From: Auanema rhodensis
Taxonomy: Eukaryota > Animalia > Nematoda
DNA length: 64,000 bases
Direction of reading: 5' to 3'
Assembly (NCBI GenBank): GCA_964057225.1
Contig: OZ059899.1
Location: 16,430,001 to 16,494,000 of the forward strand
Shown here: positions 11,623-18,003 of the stretch, in pieces
Position numbering within the stretch: position 1 is the stretch's first letter
Layout of the letters: each line of letters starts with the position of its first letter
The notes under the pieces: generated by a model
What the model was told of the DNA's origin: nothing
Seen by the model: the letters and a program-made list of their open reading frames with translations, nothing else
Database searches by the model: none
Program-made: the position numbers and the translations under genes

Positions 11623-13769
11623 ATGAGACAAAGTGATTATCACATCCAGATAAACATTTTTGGAGACTCCATTGACATAATAAATGAGAAAAATATATCA
11701 TTGGACTGGCTTTTGGTAATAATTTCTAATAGGATTTGGAACATTTTAAATTTTAGAAAAATGTTGGGATATATGATTTCATTATTCTTGAGATTCCTCA
11801 AACTAATCGGAACAAAATGGAACAAGAAAAGCCGTATATCAACTTCGAAACACCGCAGCATAATAACCTTGTGTGGGCTCCAAAGTACTCTGTAGATGAC
11901 TCCTATACTTGGGGCTGCTCTACACCGCTTTATAATACATTTCAACCTCCTTGTTTAAATGTGAGCTCAGTGAGAGTTGTAGGTAACAATAAAACCGCTG
12001 ACCAAAACAAATTTGTTTTTCAGCCGAAAACCAATACAATGATTATGAAACTAACAATCAGCTGCTCCCGTTTAATTTAAGTCCTTTAAGATCCGGTAAA
12101 GGTACATAATACGCTCACAAAAAATATAATTTATTTCAGACGATCACCACTCTGAAGCTTCCGAAGCTGATATTCAACTGTTATCTTTAGATTCAAATTT
12201 GTTGAAAGTTGTAGGTAAAGAAAAATGAATGTAACAAAATACATGAACTATTTTAGATAATAATCATGCAGAAAAAGAGTATTCTATGAATGAAGCTATC
12301 GAAATAGCTAAAGATGTAATTCAATATATGCTTTTACGAATAGAAGATGATAGCCAGTTTATTGAAATAAATAACATAAACACGAATAGTTCTGCCAAAA
12401 TGCAGAAGGCTGTTATGGAATGCTCTTTGTTCTCAGAGCCGTTTGAGATAACCCAGGTTTACGATAGGGGTTGTGAAACAGGAAATAATTCAGAACGCCA
12501 ATGGTAATATTCTGATTGTTAAGTTAAGAAATACAATTTTTGTTTAGTCTAGACAACAGCTCTAATTTATGTGAAATGAAGAATAGTTCTTTCTTCTCTT
12601 GTAAATCTTGTTAGTTTTCTAAAATGACTGTTCACTAACTTTTTTTTCAGATACTTCAGAAAACTCATTTGATACTAATGGTAAAGAATATAATGCTCTT
12701 TGTAGTGAAGCAGCAGAATATGAACTTCCTTCATCTGGAGATAGGATGTTAGAGTTTATTTTTAAAATGTTTAATTTTTAATTAATTATAGAGATAATCC
12801 AACAACAGTTTTAAAACGAAAAGATGATAACATAAATGGAAAGATTGTAAATTATTCTTCTTCAACCATCTCAAGGCGTAATTCTGAATCTGATTTTAGT
12901 ATATCTGGCGATAGGTATATAATTATATTTTGACCTTGAGATGATCAGTTTACATTAAAGAGATAACGAGGATTTCTCTCACTCTAATTTTGAAAAATCT
13001 GTGTTATCATACTCATCAACTGATCAGAAAAATAATTTAAAGTTAGAATTTATCCTTATATACTTCCCATCTTAGCATATTTCAAGGTCAAACTCAAGTG
13101 ATAAAAAAACAAATGATATAGTAACAGATGTAAAGATTGCAAATTATTCTAACAGGTATGATTATTCTTTGTACCTTTTGAATATTTTATTGACAAGTTA
13201 TTATTTATTGTGATTTAAGATGTAATTTATCTGCAGATAAGAAGAAGTCGTTTGTATTTTGCCAGTTTCCTGTATGTTTGAGCTAATTGAGATCTTATGA
13301 GTTGTGATTTTTCAGGAATGTGGAAAAAAACTTGTTTTCAATTCCGTGAGAACTGCTGGGTTAGAAGAACATGTTCGAATACATGCTGGGGTGCCAAGAG
13401 AATGTGCACACTGTGGAGTTAAATATTCTAACATATATCAGGTACATTTTAATGAGTTTTTATTATTTAAGTAATTCAACTTAGCTAAGAAGACACCATT
13501 TATCCGTTCATCCGGATGTTGTTTTCGAAACACCAGATACATGCGATAGTGATCGAGAAATATTACTACAAGTATTACCTCTATGTTTGCCTGGCATCGA
13601 GTACAAAAGGTAAGGTATTTTGTGATATTAGATACTTCTTAGATTCCTTCTTAGATTTTATTTCAAACGACAACGCCAAAGTGCTCGACGATTTGAAAAA
13701 TCAACACGAAAATTGGTAAGTTTTACTATTATTTATAAGATTTTAAAGGTTAAAATTGGATTTTTTTAA
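11623..13769 (+). CDS. Multi-exon C2H2 zinc-finger protein with long Ser/Asn/acidic low-complexity N-terminal region; start and end approximate
   Basis: A chain of short exons bounded by GT..AG. Spliced exons at about 13220-13610 read FVFCQFP/ECGKKLVFNSVRTAGLEEHVRIHAGVPRECAHCGVKYSNIYQ/LRRHHLSVHP, i.e. C-x4-C-x16-H-x3-H followed by C-x2-C-x12-H-x4-H. The ORF track misses this because the exons are short. Confidence 0.7.
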
Positions 13770-14857
13770 AACTAAGTATTTAACCTCATATTGGCAAGTT
13801 ATATTATTTTTTTCAAATTTGATTCTATCGAAATACCTGAAATTATTTAAAAATTAAGTACAACTTACAGTAAATCAACTCAAGACCACATCTGTCAATT
13901 TCTTCAGCATTCTGTGCAGAGATCTCAGAACCATATTTTTGTATTCTTGAAATAAAATTTCTTATTTGTCTTTTCGATTTTCTTAAATCAATTTTATATG
14001 TGTACAAACATACGATGGGGCTTCAAGAGTAAGTTGAAACATGCTGGTCGAACCGTGAGAAGGTTCACAACATGAACTTCTACTTTCAGGCATTGTGCAA
14101 ACGTTGAAATTATATTTATTTTTAAATCTGAAAAAAAAGATTTGCAAATAATTCTTAGAAACGAAACATGGATATCGTACGTTATATGCTCCATGACTTT
14201 TTGTGTTTCTTGTGAAGATTCATTGTAACTTTCGGTTCGTTCATCTTCATAAACTAAAATAATGAATTTCTGACAAATAAATAATAGCTTTACATCAAAA
14301 TGAAATATATACCAAACTATCTTCAATAGAAATTTCCTTTTGTCTGACAGACTTCAAAGTTTCGCCATAAATACAAACTTGAAGAAAACGATCAAAACAC
14401 ATTATCCTAAATAAACTCCTTCGATGATTGCCAAATAAGACTTTTCGTTTTTATATTTCTTGGTTAGACCGAAATTCGAAAACATTGAAACTTGAGCGTA
14501 CTGCAACTAACATAAGGGTAATTGCCAAAAGTTTCAGATAGCAAGATGATTCATTGATACACCCACTAGAAACCCTTATATCTTTTCAGACAAACAATTT
14601 AAAATTATTTTCTGAAGTCTCTGAAATTTTCAATAATCTGCTTGAAGTCTTCTTTTATGAGTTTCATCGAAACATCAGGTAGAATCTTTTGATAGAATGT
14701 TTGGTTGTACGTTAACCAAGTTCTCTTCATAGATATTGAGTAAGATTCAGATGCTGAAGCTTACTTGGTTGAAGCTATGCTGCAATTTTGAAGACAATAT
14801 TGCTACTTGATAAATTTAAATCTTTTCCTAGAATTATTAAAAATATTTTGTGTTTAG

Positions 14858-15369
14858 TCCGTGGCCATGTCGATCAAACAATTCTTAAACCAGAGGTTGA
14901 TGGAGTATGTTTCTTTCTTTTTTTTATTATTATTTCATTAATATTAAACGATAATATTAGAACAATTAATAAAAAAAAGATACATTTAATCATTTGATAA
15001 TTGAATTGCATTTAGCGTTCCTCGTTTAAAAATCTTCTACGGAGATTGAAGCGACAAGTCAAAGCTGCTTGTATTCTCGCAGATGTTGCTCACCTAGGTA
15101 ATTTGTTAAATATATTTTTAGAATGTTTTTATATTTTCTATAATGATTGAGGATTGATATTAATTTTGCTTTATAGGCCCGGAGACAAATGCTAGAGAAG
15201 CTGAAGCAAAGAATTCACCAAATGTAAGCTGTGTGATCAAAGTCATCAGACTGAAAAATGCCCCGGCCTAAACAAGCATAAAGGAGAATGCAGGAAGGCG
15301 AAAGTTTGCAAACTTTGTGAGACAAACAAATACAACTTCATGATATGTCCCTGTATTAAACAGAAATAA
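14858..15369 (+). pseudogene. Degenerate spliced zinc-knuckle (CCHC, BEL/Pao Gag-like) remnant
   Basis: 15223-15369 reads CKLCDQSHQTEKCPGLNKHKGECRKAKVCKLCETNKYNFMICPCIKQK*: one intact C-x2-C-x3-H-x4-C, a half knuckle (HKGEC) and a third with His replaced by Tyr. This frame has stops just upstream and is out of frame with the preceding exon-like segments. Confidence 0.5.
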
Positions 15370-15738
15370 ATTTGAATATTTAAAATTGTTGAGTTTAAGG
15401 AAATTATAACATATTGTTTCGGGGACGGAATGTTTCGTGAATAACACGAAAAAGAAAAACAATTCACGAGTTTCTCTCAAACAAATAAATATGAGAAATT
15501 GGTTTTAAATGGAAATATTTTATAATCATTTTTAGAAATATTTTTAGACAACTCGGCTGAATTTACGTGATCTCACATCTCACGTGCGTGGGATAGACGT
15601 GTATAATAAGCAAAAGAAAAAGAGCTTAGTATAAAAACTGATACCACAGCGCGTAGACGTATATAAAGACTTTTTAATATTAATTTAATATACAATACAA
15701 ATAAATCATTTTGTTATAAATTGTTTATCTACAATACA

Positions 15739-15957
15739 ATTTGTTCACAAAAAAGTTCAGGCTGTAGGCACTGTGTGCCCGGTGAATGTTCCTTTTTCTC
15801 AAAAATTATCAACTAAAATCAAAAATAAATATTTTGAGATTGGGTATTCAGATGTGTAGATTCTGAATTTACAAATGAGATTTGACTAGGACTTCTCAGT
15901 TTTCCGGAAAAACGGTTTATATCAACCCCATCCACAAGATTTGTTCACAAAAAAGTT
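15739..15957 (-). repeat. Solo, diverged, inverted copy (~1.1 monomer) of the 200-bp satellite
   Basis: TTGTTCACAAAAAAGTT occurs at 15741 and 15941 (exactly 200 apart). It carries the reverse complements of satellite segments, e.g. CAGGCTGTAGGCAC, GGGTATTCAGATGTGTAGA, ACTTCTCAGTTTTCCGGAAAAA and GGTTTATATCAACCCCATCCACAAGAT. Confidence 0.95.
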
Positions 15958-15989
15958 GTTCCGATATTGAATTTATTTGATTTCTATTC

Positions 15990-16023
15990 ACAAATTTATT
16001 AAATTTTTTATTAAAATCCAGAA
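15990..16023. repeat. Left arm of a 34-bp inverted repeat (partner at 17957-17990)
   Basis: ACAAATTTATTAAATTTTTTATTAAAATCCAGAA; its reverse complement matches 17957-17990 at 33 of 34 positions. Confidence 0.9.
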
Positions 16024-16032
16024 GAAAAAAAG

Positions 16033-16082
16033 GTCCTAGCCAAATTTAACGAGAAAATTCAGATTCTACACATCTGAATACC
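16033..16082 (+). repeat. 50-bp forward fragment of the satellite monomer
   Basis: GTCCTAGCCAAATTTAACGAGAAAATTCAGATTCTACACATCTGAATACC aligns without gaps to satellite GTCACAGCCAAATCACACCAAGTAATTCAGATTCTACACATCTGAATACC. Confidence 0.9.
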
Positions 16083-16252
16083 TCAGTTTAGTTTAATCTT
16101 AGTTAGAAAACGATTATTTTTTCTTTTTTAATTTGTTTCGAATAAACTTTGTTAACACGAAAATTCAAAATCGGACATTTATTTTGAAATTATTGTGAGA
16201 TTGGTCTATGAACAACCGGAAATTTCAAAAATAGTTTTTGAAATTATACGCA

Positions 16253-16313
16253 AACGTGGACTTACGTGGAAAATGGTATATAAGGAATTGCTTTCCATAA
16301 GAAATCAGTCAGT
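16253..16313 (+). promoter_or_regulatory. Candidate RNA polymerase II core promoter (two ACGTGG boxes, TATA, initiator)
   Basis: AACGTGGACTTACGTGGA (16253-16270), GTATATAAG (16276-16284) and TCAGTCAGT (16305-16313). The A of the first TCAGT (16307) is 30 nt from the first T of the TATA box. Confidence 0.5.
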
Positions 16314-16348
16314 CGACATGTCAACTTCGGAGCTGGTCTACTTCTTCC

Positions 16349-16940
16349 TTCCAGGACCCTGACTCCTACTCTTCTGAAGTAGATGAGTGTGAACGGTGGG
16401 CCCGACCGTCTCTGCTCTTCAACTACAAAAGTGGTGTCTCGGTCCCAGCTATGAACGCTTCATGGAATCAACTTCGCTGGATCTTCATGGAATCAACTTC
16501 GATCAACTTCGCTGCTTCTTCGTGGTATCATCTTCATTTTTTTTTGGTTATGTACTGTTTATTTCCAGGTCCCTGACTCCTACTCTTCTGAAGTAGATGA
16601 GTGTGAACGGTGGGCCCGATCGTCTCTGCTCTTCAACTACTAAAGTGGTGTCTCGGTCCCAGCTATGAACGCTTCATGGAATCAACTTCGCTGGATCTTC
16701 ATGGAATCAACTTCGATCAACTTCGCTGCTTCTTCGTGGTATCATCTTCATTTTTTTTGGTTATGTACTGTTTATTTCCAGGTCCCTGACTCCTACTCTT
16801 CTGAAGTAGATGAGTGTGAACGGTGGGCCCGACCGTCTCTGCTCTTCAACTACAAAAGTGGTGTCTCGGTCCCAGCTATGAACGCTTCATGGAATCAACT
16901 TCGCTGGATCTTCATGGAATCAACTTCGCTGGATCTTCAA
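16349..16940 (+). repeat. Tandem repeat, ~2.7 copies of a 213-214 bp unit
   Basis: CCAGG(A/T)CCCTGACTCCTACTCTTCTGAAG starts at 16351, 16565 and 16778. Each unit ends in degenerate ATCAACTTCGCTG minisatellite copies. Confidence 0.95.
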
Positions 16941-17049
16941 GAAATCAACTTCGCTGCTTCTTCGTGGTATCAACTTCGCTGGGTCTACGTGGTATCAACT
17001 TCGCTGGGTCTACGTGGTATCAACTTCGTTGCTTCGGCGGGACAAGAAA

Positions 17050-17127
17050 TCTCGGAGTCTACTCAACTTCACTGGTTCTACTTTTTTTTTTTTCGGTAGG
17101 GCCAGTGAAGTTGAGGAGACTCCGGGA
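17050..17127 (+). ncRNA. Candidate pri/pre-miRNA-like hairpin, copy 1
   Basis: 32-nt arms (17050-17081 / 17096-17127) give 28 Watson-Crick pairs, 3 U-G wobbles and 1 A-G mismatch, with loop U12CG. The fold is visible in the sequence; expression is unproven. Confidence 0.4.
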
Positions 17128-17392
17128 CAATGGTACTAACCGAGTCATCGTGTTAGTGCCCACCGTCCCCGCTGGATCTTCGTCGTAACAACTTCGCTGG
17201 GTCTACGTGGTATCAACATCGCTGGGTCTACGTGGTATCAACATCGCTGGGTCTACGTGGTATCAACTTCGCTGCTTCTTCGTGGTATCAACTTCGCTGG
17301 GTCTACGTGGTATCAACTTCGCTGGGTCTACGTGGTATCAACTTCGCTGGGTCTACGTGGTATCAACTTCGTTGCTTCGGCGGGACAAGAAA

Positions 17393-17469
17393 TCTCGGAG
17401 TCTACTCAACTTCACTGGTTCTACTTTTTTTTTTTCGGTAGGGCCAGTGAAGTTGAGGAGACTCCGGGA
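17393..17469 (+). ncRNA. Candidate pri/pre-miRNA-like hairpin, copy 2
   Basis: Arms identical to copy 1; loop U11CG. Confidence 0.4.
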
Positions 17470-17734
17470 CAATGGTACTAACCGAGTCATCGTGTTAGTG
17501 CCCACCGTCCCCGCTGGATCTTCGTCGTAACAACTTCGCTGGGTCTACGTGGTATCAACATCGCTGGGTCTACGTGGTATCAACATCGCTGGGTCTACGT
17601 GGTATCAACTTCGCTGCTTCTTCGTGGTATCAACTTCGCTGGGTCTACGTGGTATCAACTTCGCTGGGTCTACGTGGTATCAACTTCGCTGGGTCTACGT
17701 GGTATCAACTTCGTTGCTTCGGCGGGACAAGAAA

Positions 17735-17811
17735 TCTCGGAGTCTACTCAACTTCACTGGTTCTACTTTTTTTTTTTCGGTAGGGCCAGTGAAGTTGAGG
17801 AGACTCCGGGA
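17735..17811 (+). ncRNA. Candidate pri/pre-miRNA-like hairpin, copy 3
   Basis: Identical to copy 2, 342 bp downstream. Confidence 0.4.
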
Positions 17812-17956
17812 CAATGGTACTAACCGAGTCATCGTGTTAGTGCCCACCGTCCCCGCTGGATCTTCGTCGTAACAACTTCGCTGGGTCTACGTGGTATCAA
17901 CTTCGCTGGGACAAGAAATCTCGGAGTCTACTCAATTTCACTGATTATATTTTTTT

Positions 17957-17990
17957 TTCTGGATTTTAAAAAAAAATTTAATAAATTTGT
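17957..17990. repeat. Right arm of the 34-bp inverted repeat, immediately before the satellite array
   Basis: TTCTGGATTTTAAAAAAAAATTTAATAAATTTGT, 33/34 identical to the reverse complement of 15990-16023. Confidence 0.9.
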
Positions 17991-18003
17991 CTTTATAATA
18001 TTT

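Larger units (their letters stand above)
16940..17950 (+). repeat. Tandem repeat, ~3 copies of a 342-343 bp unit built from ~7 copies of a 25-bp minisatellite (ATCAACTTCGCTGGGTCTACGTGGT) plus a ~140-bp hairpin module
   Basis: TCTCGGAGTCTACTCAA starts at 17050, 17393, 17735 and (truncated) 17919. The 25-bp periodicity is directly visible between the modules. Confidence 0.95.

Noticed and set aside
13870-14790. Possible minus-strand gene (110 aa ORF and exon-like pieces)
   Set aside because: I could not build a consistent spliced frame or recognise any domain, and in-frame stops are present. At most a decayed fragment.
16465-17910. 25-bp repeats as a CRISPR array, or the overlapping 69-144 aa ORFs as proteins
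   Set aside because: The 25-mers are directly adjacent with no spacers. The ORFs occur in all three frames with the same permuted peptide, as expected from a stop-poor 25-bp repeat.
1-18000. Telomeric TTAGGC/GCCTAA seeds (e.g. 123, 3591, 15266)
   Set aside because: Isolated single hexamers, mostly inside genes; no tandem tract.
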